The position numbers and the translations under genes were made by a program. This document shows positions 1 to 9,609 of a stretch of DNA of 64,000 bases, in pieces. Positions within the stretch are counted from its first letter, which is position 1. Every line of letters starts with the position of its first letter. The notes beneath the pieces were generated by a model. The model did not search any database, had not been told where the DNA came from, and saw nothing but the letters and a program-made list of their open reading frames with translations. This stretch comes from Nitrospirota bacterium (GTDB lineage Bacteria > Nitrospirota > Thermodesulfovibrionia > Thermodesulfovibrionales > Dissulfurispiraceae): contig CAVPZX010000005.1 of NCBI GenBank assembly GCA_963710375.1, positions 288,001-352,000 on the forward strand, in the 5' to 3' direction.

Positions 1-936
1 AATTTCCGCTGCGAACATTGCTGTATAACAAAATTGCGGAGGAAAAAAGGGGAGAGGTGTTTTACGATTGTCGATGTCAAGGAGCTTTCACGCCAGGCCG
101 ATGAAATGGGGCTCGCGCATATCGTAATCACTGGAGGCGAACCGCTCGTATTCCCGGATTTCGATGATATAGTCAAGGCCATCGACCCGCAGAAATTCTA
201 CATTACCTCTGATACAAACGGATGGTTTTTGGATGCTGAAAGGGCAAAACATTTAAAAAACATAGGTATTGATAAGATCCAGTTGAGCCTCGACAGTCTT
301 TCGGCAGCTGAACATAATGAATTCAGACACAAAAAAGGTTCGCATGAGAGAGCTGTAAGAGCTATTGATGCGTCGCTGGATGCAGGATTGAATATTATAT
401 TAGCGACTGTGGTTACCAGGCAGAGAGTCAGATCGGAAGAATTTATTGAATTCCTGGAATTTGCTAAAAAGAAAGGGGTGGCCGTATTTGTTACGTACGC
501 CAAACCTGTCGGGGACTGGGAAGGGAATTTTGATGTCCTTGTAACTAGAGACGACATGGACTATATGAGAGAGTTGGAGAAAAAATACAACGTGTTTACC
601 CATTTAACGCCTTCCTACGGCATAGAAATGGGGTGTATAGCCGTCAAGCGGATGGTCTCGATCACAAAATACGGGGATGTCATGCCCTGTCCTTACATCC
701 ATACCTCGCTGGGAAATTTTTTCAAGGAACCCCTGAAAGATATAATTGAGCGCGGGCTGAATATAAAATTCTTCGGCAAATTCTTCGATTCCTGCCTTAT
801 AGCAGAGGACCGGACATTTATCAACAATTACGATGTGAAGAAAATCTATGGTAAGCTGCTTCCTGTGCCGTATTCGGAAGTATTCACAAAAGAGGACATT
901 ATTGATAAAAGTCAGCGGAAGTTGTATAAGTCCTGA
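1..936 (+). CDS. Radical SAM protein with SPASM/twitch domain (5' end outside the window)
   Basis: The frame is open from base 1 (NFRCEHCC, the tail of CxxxCxxC). It also has TGGEPL, DTNG and a C-terminal GC...GDVMPCPY. Confidence 0.88.
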   Translation, partial: NFRCEHCCITKLRRKKGERCFTIVDVKELSRQADEMGLAHIVITGGEPLVFPDFDDIVKAIDPQKFYITSDTNGWFLDAERAKHLKNIGIDKIQLSLDSLSAAEHNEFRHKKGSHERAVRAIDASLDAGLNIILATVVTRQRVRSEEFIEFLEFAKKKGVAVFVTYAKPVGDWEGNFDVLVTRDDMDYMRELEKKYNVFTHLTPSYGIEMGCIAVKRMVSITKYGDVMPCPYIHTSLGNFFKEPLKDIIERGLNIKFFGKFFDSCLIAEDRTFINNYDVKKIYGKLLPVPYSEVFTKEDIIDKSQRKLYKS

Positions 937-953
937 GCCGGTAGTGCGGCGGG

Positions 954-2060
954 ATGTCTGCGCAAAAAGTGGAGCGTTATTTGCGGGATAACCCTCTCGC
1001 GGGTGACTTAGATCACGTCCTGACCCATACTGAAGGCCTTTGGGAAGACCTCAGGGGGAAACGCCTGTTTATTACGGGCGGCACAGGTTTTTTTGGTTCC
1101 TGGCTTCTGGAGAGTTTTGCCTGGGCGAATGAAAAGCTCGATCTTAAAGCGTCAGCCCTTGTTCTTACAAGGGATTACAATTCATTCAAACAGAACCTTC
1201 CGCATCTAGCCGCCAATCCGGCTATCCGGTTTCATACAGGAGATGTCAGGAATTTCAACTTTCCCGAAGGGGAATTCTCTCACATAATTCACGCCGCAGC
1301 CACATCGGCTGTTGCCACATACAACAACGAAGACCCACTGGTGAAGTTCGATACCGTTGCAGGGGGAACAAGGCATACCCTCGATTTTGCTGTTCTATGT
1401 CATGCCGGGAAGTTCCTTCTGACCAGTTCCGGGGCTGTCTACGGCAAGCAGCCATTCGACCTGACTCACATTCCAGAAGATTATTGCGGCGCACCCGATC
1501 CAGCGGACGCAAGCTCGGCGTGGGGAGAGGGCAAACGGGCGGCAGAATTCCTCTGTGCGTATTATTCGAAAAAATATGGCATCGAAACAAAGATTGCCCG
1601 TTGTTTTTCTTTTGTAGGCCCCTACCTGCCATTGGATATCCATTACGCCATTGGAAACTTCATAAGGGACGCATTGAATGGCGGACCTATCCGGGTCAAC
1701 GGCGATGGAACGCCTTATCGGTCCTATCTCTATGCTGCTGATTTGACCGTATGGCTATGGACGATCCTTTTTAAGGGCGAATCATGCCGGGCTTATAATG
1801 TCGGCTCGGAAGAAGAAATTACTATAGCGGAGTTGGCCAATACAGTGGCACGGAGCTTTCAGAAGCCTGTTGATGTGAAAATAGCTGAATTACCAGCCCC
1901 CAATAGGCCCCCCGAACGATACGTGCCTTCTACAAAACGGGCGCAAATGGACTTGGGAGTTAGACAGATCATTGATCTGGGAACAGCCATTGAGCGAACA
2001 GCGGCATTTGTCAACATGATAAGCAAAAAAAGACTGAACCACAGAGGCACAGAGACATAG
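954..2060 (+). CDS. NAD-dependent nucleotide-sugar epimerase/dehydratase (extended SDR)
   Basis: ITGGTGFFGSW Rossmann motif, TSSGAVYG, GDGTPYRSYLY, YNVGS. Confidence 0.9.
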   Translation: MSAQKVERYLRDNPLAGDLDHVLTHTEGLWEDLRGKRLFITGGTGFFGSWLLESFAWANEKLDLKASALVLTRDYNSFKQNLPHLAANPAIRFHTGDVRNFNFPEGEFSHIIHAAATSAVATYNNEDPLVKFDTVAGGTRHTLDFAVLCHAGKFLLTSSGAVYGKQPFDLTHIPEDYCGAPDPADASSAWGEGKRAAEFLCAYYSKKYGIETKIARCFSFVGPYLPLDIHYAIGNFIRDALNGGPIRVNGDGTPYRSYLYAADLTVWLWTILFKGESCRAYNVGSEEEITIAELANTVARSFQKPVDVKIAELPAPNRPPERYVPSTKRAQMDLGVRQIIDLGTAIERTAAFVNMISKKRLNHRGTET

Positions 2061-2140
2061 AGAAACAAATGAAATTTTTAAAAGAAAGCAGCAAATCTTT
2101 GACTAAAGTAGTACTCTGTGCCTCTGTGTTCTCTGTGATT
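2037..2140. repeat. Microsatellite hairpin, CACAGAG(A/G) 8-mer family
   Basis: Left arm AACCACAGAGGCACAGAGACATAGAG (2037-2062). Complementary right arm CTCTGTGCCTCTGTGTTCTCTGTGATT (2114-2140). Confidence 0.85.
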
Positions 2141-2145
2141 ATTTT

Positions 2146-2691
2146 TTGACGATGACAACCTTTATGGGAAACGGGGTGGATATTAAACAGGCTATCAGTG
2201 CTCTTGACTCCCTGATTGGGGACCCGTCGAACGGCCTGCCCGAAGATGTCTTTTTGTTTGCCAGCAGGATCACACCCATGGTTAATGTGGACCTCCTTAT
2301 CAGGAACGAGATGAACCAGACGCTGCTGACCTGGCGTGATGATGGATATTGGAAGGCGGGGTGGCATGTTCCTGGAGGTATCATTCGATACAAAGAAACG
2401 ATTGCTCAAAGGATCAAGGCTGTCGCAAAGACAGAGCTTGGTGCGGAGGCGGAGTTTCATCCAACCCCCCTGGCAATCAATGAAATAATTTTTCCGGACA
2501 GAAGAAATCGAGGGCACTTTATGTCATTACTTTATCATTGCTCTCTTATTACAGTTCCTGATGAAGGGCTGAAGTACAAGTCAGGTGTGCCTCTACCGGG
2601 TCAGTGGTTGTGGCATGATACATGTCCTGAAAACATTATTGCAGTGCATGAAATCTACAGGGGTTATATTGATAAAACAGGCAATAGGTGA
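2146..2691 (+). CDS. NUDIX hydrolase, GDP-mannose mannosyl hydrolase (Gmm/WcaH)-like
   Basis: TPMVNVDLLI...WHVPGGIIRYKET...ELG, a variant Nudix box typical of Gmm. The exact start is uncertain. Confidence 0.75.
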   Translation: MTMTTFMGNGVDIKQAISALDSLIGDPSNGLPEDVFLFASRITPMVNVDLLIRNEMNQTLLTWRDDGYWKAGWHVPGGIIRYKETIAQRIKAVAKTELGAEAEFHPTPLAINEIIFPDRRNRGHFMSLLYHCSLITVPDEGLKYKSGVPLPGQWLWHDTCPENIIAVHEIYRGYIDKTGNR

Positions 2692-2701
2692 TAGGCGACA
2701 G

Positions 2702-3073
2702 GTGCTGGGTTATATTGATAATAAATTTATCAGGTTTCTGATTGTCGGCGGCATAAATACGGCTTTTGGATACGGGATATTTGCGCTCTTAATATTTCTA
2801 AAGGTCCACTATGCCATTGCAGCGTTGCTCGCTACATTTCTCGGTGTCCTGTTCAACTTCAAGACAACGGGCAGGCTGGTTTTCGACAGTAAAGACAACA
2901 GGCTCATTTTTAAATTCGTTGGCGTATATGCAATAATATATGCCATTAACACTGCCTCTTTGGGGGTATTTAATTTTTTTAAAGTCGATATGTATCTGGC
3001 AGGGGCTGTGATGATCCTGCCCATGGCCATGGTAGCATTTGTGCTCAACAAACGCCTTGTCTTTAAGGGGTAA
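2702..3073 (+). CDS. GtrA-family polyprenyl-phosphosugar flippase
   Basis: FIRFLIVGGINT N-terminal motif, four hydrophobic segments, ends NKRLVFK. Probable GTG start at 2702. Confidence 0.88.
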   Translation: MLGYIDNKFIRFLIVGGINTAFGYGIFALLIFLKVHYAIAALLATFLGVLFNFKTTGRLVFDSKDNRLIFKFVGVYAIIYAINTASLGVFNFFKVDMYLAGAVMILPMAMVAFVLNKRLVFKG

Positions 3074-3075
3074 AA

Positions 3076-4008
3076 ATGAAACTTGTCAGTGTTGTCACAC
3101 CGTGTTACAACGAAGAAGGAAATGTTGACGAGGTTTACAGGCAGGTGAAAGAGGTCTTTGCCGGATTGCCCGGCTACAGTTACGAACACATATTCATAGA
3201 CAATGCGTCAAGGGACAAAACGGTATCCATATTAAAAGAGATCGCAAAAAAAGACAAGAATGTAAAGATAATTGTGAATGCGAAAAACTTCGGGCATATA
3301 CGCTCAGGATATTACGCATTGCTTCAGGCTCAGGGAGATGCTGTAATAACATTAGTCGCTGACTTGCAGGACCCGCCTTTAATGATCCTGGATTTCATAA
3401 AGAAATGGGAAGAAGGATACCAGATAGTCATCGGGATTAAGAAGAAGAGCAGGGAAAATCCTTTCATGTTTATGATCAGAAAACTTTATTATAACCTGAT
3501 AGACAGGATTGCCGAAACAGAGCATATCAAGAGTTTCACCGGTTTCGGGCTTTACGATAAATCGTTTATGGATATTTTAAGGAAGCTTGACGAGCCATAC
3601 CCTTATTTCAGGGGACTTGTCGCCGAGCTGGGACAAGAGAGATTCGAAATCGAATACGAGCAGCCCGAAAGGAAAAGGGGCAAAACGAACAATAATTTTT
3701 ATACTTTATACGATATGGCTATGCTCGGGTTTGTAAATCACTCAAAGGTCCCCCTTCGTCTGGCGAGTTTCGTCGGGTTTGTCAGCGCATTTCTGAGTTT
3801 GATGGTTGCAATCGGTTATTTTATATACAAGCTTATTTTTTGGAGCGAGTTTCAACTTGGCATAGCCCCTTTGGTGGTGGGTTTCTTCTTTTTCATGTCT
3901 GTTCAATTGTTCTTTATCGGTATGCTCGGCGAATACATCGGCGCCATTTACACACAGGCTAAAAAGAGGCCGCTGGTAATAGAAAAGGAAAGAGTAAATT
4001 TCGACTGA
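3076..4008 (+). CDS. GtrB/ArnC-like GT2 polyprenyl-phosphate glycosyltransferase
   Basis: VVTPCYNEE, IDNASRD, NFGHIRS, ADLQDPP, two C-terminal TM helices and GEYIG. Confidence 0.92.
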   Translation: MKLVSVVTPCYNEEGNVDEVYRQVKEVFAGLPGYSYEHIFIDNASRDKTVSILKEIAKKDKNVKIIVNAKNFGHIRSGYYALLQAQGDAVITLVADLQDPPLMILDFIKKWEEGYQIVIGIKKKSRENPFMFMIRKLYYNLIDRIAETEHIKSFTGFGLYDKSFMDILRKLDEPYPYFRGLVAELGQERFEIEYEQPERKRGKTNNNFYTLYDMAMLGFVNHSKVPLRLASFVGFVSAFLSLMVAIGYFIYKLIFWSEFQLGIAPLVVGFFFFMSVQLFFIGMLGEYIGAIYTQAKKRPLVIEKERVNFD

Positions 4009-4077
4009 GCAGAATGTCCCTCCTCGTGTAAATATATTAATAATATGTGATAGGTTAGTACTCTTGAGAATGGATAT

Positions 4078-4947
4078 ATGTATTCAAAAATAATCAATTT
4101 ATTGCGAATCCGGCAGTACCTCAAGAACCTGTTTATTTTTGCGCCTCTTTTTTTTGGCGGCGAATTATTCAATATGAATATGCTGATCAGGACAGTCATT
4201 GTATTTTTCGCTTTCTCAATGACAGCAAGTTCGGTTTATATCTTCAATGACTATCACGATATTGAAGAAGACCGAATACACCCTATCAAAAGGAATCGCC
4301 CCCTGGCATCCGGCGACGTCTCAAAGAAAAAAGCACTGGGCGTGATGGTAATCTGCTTGACCATGGGTTTTGTTATTACCGGATTGCTCGACACTTCTTT
4401 GCTTAAATGGTTCCTTATCTATCTCATTCTGAACGTCTTATACACCCTTCGACTGAAGCACGTCAGCATCCTGGACGTATTCACAATAGCCATATGTTTT
4501 GTTATCAGGTTGTTTGTTGGGTCTGGTGTCACAGGCATTGGGCTTTCCATGTGGATTGTCCTGATGACCTTTCTCCTCGCGCTGTTCATCGCATTAGCCA
4601 AAAGACGGGATGACATTTTTATTTATCTCGAAAGCGGAGAGAAATCAAGAAGAATAGTTGATGGGTATAATTTGGAAATGCTTAACACGCTGATGGCTAT
4701 CATGGCCTCTATCACCCTTGTCTCTTATATCATGTATACCACGTCTCCCGAAGTGCTGGGAAAGTTTCACAGCGATAAACTTTATTTGACGGTTGTTTTC
4801 GTATTGCTCGGGATCATGCGATTTTTTCAGATATCCCTGGTCGAAAAAAGAAGCGGTTCCCCTACCGAGTTGCTGATAAAGGATAAATTCATCCAGTTTT
4901 CAGTCGCGGGATGGATATTTGCCTTCGGGGCAGTGATTTACAAGTGA
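4078..4947 (+). CDS. UbiA-family polyprenyl-phosphate phosphoribosyltransferase (DPPR synthase/NoeC-like)
   Basis: LRIRQYLKNLFIFAPLFF, YIFNDYHDIEEDRIHPIKRNRPLASG, ALAKRR; multi-TM. Confidence 0.9.
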   Translation: MYSKIINLLRIRQYLKNLFIFAPLFFGGELFNMNMLIRTVIVFFAFSMTASSVYIFNDYHDIEEDRIHPIKRNRPLASGDVSKKKALGVMVICLTMGFVITGLLDTSLLKWFLIYLILNVLYTLRLKHVSILDVFTIAICFVIRLFVGSGVTGIGLSMWIVLMTFLLALFIALAKRRDDIFIYLESGEKSRRIVDGYNLEMLNTLMAIMASITLVSYIMYTTSPEVLGKFHSDKLYLTVVFVLLGIMRFFQISLVEKRSGSPTELLIKDKFIQFSVAGWIFAFGAVIYK

Positions 4948-4954
4948 GGCATCG

Positions 4955-6289
4955 GTGAACTGCACAATTTCAGGTTGGGGAAACTTTCCGGTAATCAAAT
5001 CTGTTTTGTGCATCCCCGGATCTGCTAATGATCTGCGGGAATATGTGAAAAATGCGGAAACTCTTATTCCGAGAGGATTGGGACGGAGCTACGGAGATTC
5101 CTCACTGAACAACTTCGTTATTTCGATGCTCAAGCTCAACAGGATTCTGGGATTCGATGAAAAAACCGGAGTATTGGAATGCGAGTCAGGGGTCAGCTTA
5201 AGTGAGATTCTTGATGTATTTGTCCCGCGTGGATGGTTTTTGCCCGTAACGCCTGGAACAAAATACGTTACAGTGGGAGGCGCTATTGCGTCTGATGTAC
5301 ATGGCAAAAACCATCACAAGGAAGGATCTTTTTCCGACCATGTGGTGTCGATGACAGTTTTGCTTCCGGATGGAGAGACCATTGTCTGCTCGAAGGATAG
5401 TAATCCAGCATTGTTTACGATCATCTGCGGAGGTATGGGACTGACGGGCATTATAATAACCGCAAAATTCAGGCTAATAAGAGTGCCTTCGGCATATATA
5501 AAACAGAAAACCGTAATAGCACGCAACCTTGATGATATTATGGATCTTTTCGAGAACTACAGCGACTCGACCTATTCGGTGGCATGGATCGACTGTCTGG
5601 CAAAAGGCGACAACCTGGGAAGGAGCATCCTGATGGTTGGAGAGCATGCCGGCAGGGATGACATAAAGGGTTGGGATAACTCCCGTGATCTGCTTACATT
5701 AAGGAAAAGGAAAAAACTTAATGTACCGGCTGTCTTCCCCAACTTTGTGCTCAACAACGCGATGATTAAATGTTTCAATTTTATTTATTTCCATAAACAC
5801 CCTGGCGGTATTCAGGAGTCTATTGTGGATTATGAGACTTTTTTTTACCCTCTCGACGGCGTTGCAAACTGGAACAGAATTTACGGTGTACGGGGATTTA
5901 CACAGTACCAGTTCGTAATCCCTAAGGCTGCCGGCAAGACAGGTCTCAAGCAAATAATGCAGCACATATCCGATAGCGGTATGGGGTCGTTTCTAGCTGT
6001 TTTGAAGCTTTTCGGGAAAGGAAATGATAATATAATGTCCTTTCCTATGGAAGGTTACACGCTTGCCCTTGATTTCCCGATGAGTCTGAAACTATTAACA
6101 TTCCTGGATGAACTGGACAGAATGGTACTCGACTTTGGAGGACGGCTATATCTTACCAAGGATGCGCGAATGAGCTGCTTCATGGCAAAAAAAAGTTATG
6201 CGGGATTTATGGAATTTGCCGAGCGGAAGAACCGGCTCGACAATGAGGGTAAATTTCAATCCATTCAATCAAGGAGATTGGGGTTATAA
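4955..6289 (+). CDS. FAD-dependent oxidoreductase, DprE1-like
   Basis: RGLGRSYGD, PVTPGTKYVTVGGAIASDVHGKNHH, YSVAWIDC, SFLAVLK, GYTLALDF, GGRLYLTKD. Confidence 0.92.
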   Translation: MNCTISGWGNFPVIKSVLCIPGSANDLREYVKNAETLIPRGLGRSYGDSSLNNFVISMLKLNRILGFDEKTGVLECESGVSLSEILDVFVPRGWFLPVTPGTKYVTVGGAIASDVHGKNHHKEGSFSDHVVSMTVLLPDGETIVCSKDSNPALFTIICGGMGLTGIIITAKFRLIRVPSAYIKQKTVIARNLDDIMDLFENYSDSTYSVAWIDCLAKGDNLGRSILMVGEHAGRDDIKGWDNSRDLLTLRKRKKLNVPAVFPNFVLNNAMIKCFNFIYFHKHPGGIQESIVDYETFFYPLDGVANWNRIYGVRGFTQYQFVIPKAAGKTGLKQIMQHISDSGMGSFLAVLKLFGKGNDNIMSFPMEGYTLALDFPMSLKLLTFLDELDRMVLDFGGRLYLTKDARMSCFMAKKSYAGFMEFAERKNRLDNEGKFQSIQSRRLGL

Positions 6290-6290
6290 C

Positions 6291-7022
6291 ATGGCGTGGT
6301 TATTAGTGGCGGGGGCGAAATCCGATGTGGCGAGGGCTGTGGCTGCAAAATTTGCGCAGAATGGTTTTAATATTTACCTGGCCGCAAGGAATTATGATCA
6401 AGGCGTTCATGACGGTAATGATCTCGAAATAAGGTACGGAGTGAAGACGGCAGTGGTAGAATTCAACGCGCTGGATTATGCGGCCCATCAGGCAATATAT
6501 GATGTCTTTCCTGAGAAACCTCTGGGAGTCGTTTGCGCGGTGGGTTATCTCGGAGATCAGAAAAAAGCTGAAACAGATTTCGGCGAGACCAGGAAAATCA
6601 TAGAGAGCAATTTTATGGGATGTGTTTCACTCCTGAATATTGTTGCCCGGGATTTCGAACAGAGGAAAGAAGGGTTTATTATCGGCATCAGCTCTGTAGC
6701 CGGGGACCGGGGCAGACAGAGCAACTATACGTATGGAAGCGCTAAAGCTGCTTTTTCCGTTTATCTGTCGGGGCTCAGAAACAGGTTGTCGCATTACAAT
6801 GTGCGCGTCATTACTGTGAAGCCCGGGTTTATCAATACAAAAATGACAGAGGGTATGCAGTTGCCGCGTCTCCTAACTGCTGAACCGGCAGACGTAGCTC
6901 AGGACATTTTTAGAGCATATAAAAGCGGCAAGGATATTGTTTACACCAAATGGTTCTGGAAGTGGATTATGCTCGCTATACGCGCAATCCCCGAACGTAT
7001 TTTCAAGAAAATGAATCTTTAA
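6291..7022 (+). CDS. Short-chain dehydrogenase, DprE2-like
   Basis: GAKSDVARA, SSVAGDRGRQSNYTYGSAKA, VKPGF. ATG at 6291 directly follows the DprE1-like stop. Confidence 0.9.
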   Translation: MAWLLVAGAKSDVARAVAAKFAQNGFNIYLAARNYDQGVHDGNDLEIRYGVKTAVVEFNALDYAAHQAIYDVFPEKPLGVVCAVGYLGDQKKAETDFGETRKIIESNFMGCVSLLNIVARDFEQRKEGFIIGISSVAGDRGRQSNYTYGSAKAAFSVYLSGLRNRLSHYNVRVITVKPGFINTKMTEGMQLPRLLTAEPADVAQDIFRAYKSGKDIVYTKWFWKWIMLAIRAIPERIFKKMNL

Positions 7023-7029
7023 AGAAAGT

Positions 7030-7626
7030 ATGAAATTGGCCCTTTTCGACTTTGACGGCACTATAACCCGGAAGGACAGCTTTGCAGATTTCTTTCTTCA
7101 TACAGTGGGTGGTATACGTTTCTCGCTGGGATTCCTTGTCATGAGTCCGGTTATCGCTCTTTACAAGCTTGGTGTTATTGCAAATGATAAAGCCAAAGAA
7201 ATGGTCTTGTCTCATTTCTTTAAAGGATGGAACATAAACGAATTTAAAGAGACCGCCCAGCATTATTCCAACGAAAGACTGCCCGGGCTGGTCAGGAAAG
7301 AGGCCATGGAAAGGCTCTTGTGGCATAAGGAACAAGGTCATGTTGTAGTCGTTATTTCAGCCTCTATTGAATGTTGGTTGGAAGGTTGGTGTTCTATGTA
7401 TGGGGTCGATCTTATCGCAACAAAATTGGAATGCAAGGATGGAAAATTGACAGGCAGATTTTCGACGGAGAACTGTTACGGGGGCGAAAAAGTTCGGAGG
7501 CTTAGGGAAAAATATGTTCCGGAAGCTTTTGACTATATTTATGCATACGGTGACAGTCAGGGCGACAGGGAAATGTTACAGTTGGCAGATGAACCGTACT
7601 ACCAAACATTCGAAGCTACAAGATGA
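7030..7626 (+). CDS. HAD-IB family phosphatase
   Basis: FDFDGTIT, ISAS, NCYGGEK, YAYGDSQGD. Confidence 0.9.
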   Translation: MKLALFDFDGTITRKDSFADFFLHTVGGIRFSLGFLVMSPVIALYKLGVIANDKAKEMVLSHFFKGWNINEFKETAQHYSNERLPGLVRKEAMERLLWHKEQGHVVVVISASIECWLEGWCSMYGVDLIATKLECKDGKLTGRFSTENCYGGEKVRRLREKYVPEAFDYIYAYGDSQGDREMLQLADEPYYQTFEATR

Positions 7627-9224
7627 AACTGAATATTGGTTGTGGAGCAGACTATCGAGAAGGATTTATTAATATAGATGGAAGGGATGATCTTGGGAAA
7701 GTGGACAAGGTCATCAATCTTAGTGAAGAATCCCTGCTGGATTACTTCAAAGAAAGGGAAGTGGACTATATACTTGCCCATGATTTTATTGAGCATCACT
7801 TCCATTGGCAAGCGGTGGAGTTGCTGAAGTGCTTTCATGCCCTCCTAAAGCCGGGAGGAGTGCTTGAGATGCGCCTCCCCGATTTTGAGTTTATTATTTC
7901 TTCTCCGGAGATGGCGTCTGAGCCTAAAATCACCCTCCTCTTCGGTGGGCAGGATATGCCGCAGGGCGAGGCAGACCCGACTTCCAGGAAGCGGTTCCCT
8001 GAATTTTTCTGCCACAAGTACTCATATACAAAAGCAACTATGAAACGAGAGCTTGAAAAAGCCGGATTTCTTGTAACGAGGATTGAGCAGGAAGGCACTA
8101 ATTTTGTGATAAAGTCAGCTAAGCAGCCCGCCACCATAAAAGAAACATCTTCAATGATGCTCCCGGAAATGAATAGCTTACCACATATGATCAATAAGTC
8201 TGTTTCTGGTAAAATCAATACCATGAATATCCTGGTTTCTTCAACAAGGCAGTGGAATCCGGGCGACGAATTTATTCTTATGGGTGTCCGCAATCTTTTC
8301 GAAGAGGCGCTTGGACCAGTGGGAATAAATTGGGTATTGTATGACAGGAACCCGGATCTGTTTGTTGACGGATTCTCCACTCATCAGCGAAAAGAGACAA
8401 TTTGGGGGAATTCATATCACCACGATTCGCCCGAATGCTTTAATTTGGCCCTGGTGGCTGGGACTCCTGAGTGGATGGGCAGGCCCCTGGAGGGTTTCTA
8501 TAGCACGGTCAGGAGGGGGCGCCTGCCTCTTTATATTATTGGGGCGGGATATATAGATGCCCCCATAGTTTTTTCAGAAGATGAAATGTACTGCCTTAAG
8601 AACACACTTAAGTTAGCGATTACGAGGGATGAATATGCCTCTCGTGCCCTGAATGAAATTGGTGTGCAACATGAAATACTGCCATGCCCGGCCCTGTTTG
8701 CTTCAACATGGGAGAGCGTCCCTCACGTCGTTAAAAAAATAGGCTTCATTATCCAAACCAACAAGACCGTTAATCAAAAAGTAACTGAGGAGCTATCGTA
8801 TGCGTGCGCTCATACGGTCAACCAATTAAGGAAGAAGGGGTTTGAGGTCGATGTCGTTTGTCATTATATAGATGAGTTCGTGGAATTTACAAAGGTTCTT
8901 TCACCTGTCAGATATTCATACGATTCACTCGACTATATCGATATGATAGGCAGTTATGACCTCGTGCTCTCAACGCGCCTGCACGGCGCAATATTGGCCA
9001 ATTCCATGGGCAAACCGGCAATAATGCTCAACAATGATGATTCAAGGTGCACGGGCGCAGCAATGCTCTTCCCTTTTATTTATGTTTCAACCCCTGAGAA
9101 TATAATCAACGATGTCATTGCCTTTGATCCGAAGAATGCCGAGCAGCTTGTCCAATGGAAGGCCGGTATAAAAGACAGGTATCTATCTTTATTAAGGGAA
9201 GCCATTTCGCACGGTATCGAGTAA
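7623..9224 (+). CDS. Fusion of a SAM methyltransferase-like domain and a polysaccharide pyruvyltransferase-like domain
   Basis: N-terminus KLNIGCG, HDFIEH, LKPGG..PD. C-terminus NPGDEFI, TRDEYA, PCPA, STRLHGAILA. Confidence 0.8.
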   Translation: MKLNIGCGADYREGFINIDGRDDLGKVDKVINLSEESLLDYFKEREVDYILAHDFIEHHFHWQAVELLKCFHALLKPGGVLEMRLPDFEFIISSPEMASEPKITLLFGGQDMPQGEADPTSRKRFPEFFCHKYSYTKATMKRELEKAGFLVTRIEQEGTNFVIKSAKQPATIKETSSMMLPEMNSLPHMINKSVSGKINTMNILVSSTRQWNPGDEFILMGVRNLFEEALGPVGINWVLYDRNPDLFVDGFSTHQRKETIWGNSYHHDSPECFNLALVAGTPEWMGRPLEGFYSTVRRGRLPLYIIGAGYIDAPIVFSEDEMYCLKNTLKLAITRDEYASRALNEIGVQHEILPCPALFASTWESVPHVVKKIGFIIQTNKTVNQKVTEELSYACAHTVNQLRKKGFEVDVVCHYIDEFVEFTKVLSPVRYSYDSLDYIDMIGSYDLVLSTRLHGAILANSMGKPAIMLNNDDSRCTGAAMLFPFIYVSTPENIINDVIAFDPKNAEQLVQWKAGIKDRYLSLLREAISHGIE

Positions 9225-9254
9225 TGAAAATAAGATTGCCTGAGTTTTGACGAG

Positions 9255-9275
9255 AGTATAACTAATCGTCATACT
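9255..9275. promoter_or_regulatory. Putative antitoxin operator (inverted repeat)
   Basis: AGTATAAC-N5-GTCATACT, one mismatch from a perfect inverted repeat, just upstream of the RHH-like ORF. Confidence 0.45.
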
Positions 9276-9281
9276 ATAAAT

Positions 9282-9537
9282 ATGAAAAAAAGCTATATCC
9301 ATTCCAGACAAGGTTTTTAAGGAAGTCGAAGACGTCTCCAAAAAAAACAAATTTTCCAGGAGCGAACTGATAACCTTTGCAGTGAGAGAATATCTTGAGA
9401 GAATAAAAAACCGGCAGCTTTTGGAAGACCTTAACTGGTCCTATTCAGAAGAGGAAACGGAAAAAGAAATATCGGTGGAACTGCGAAAGAAGAAATACTA
9501 TACCCACAGGATTTTAAGGGCCTGCAACTCTAAATAA
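9282..9537 (+). pseudogene. RHH/CopG-type antitoxin-like gene, frameshifted, with no cognate toxin
   Basis: ATG AAA AAA +A, then AISIPDKVFKEVEDVSKKNKFSRSELITFAVREYLE. One extra A in an A7 run. Confidence 0.65.
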
Positions 9538-9609
9538 CTGCCTTGAACAATCCTAACAATTTCTTTTGAAAGCAAAACAGTGCGCTAACTATTTTGCTTT
9601 CACGCAAAT

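Noticed and set aside
938..949. ops element (GCCGGTAGTGCG)
   Set aside because: It mismatches GGCGGTAGnnTG and is far from the NusG paralogue; too weak to call.
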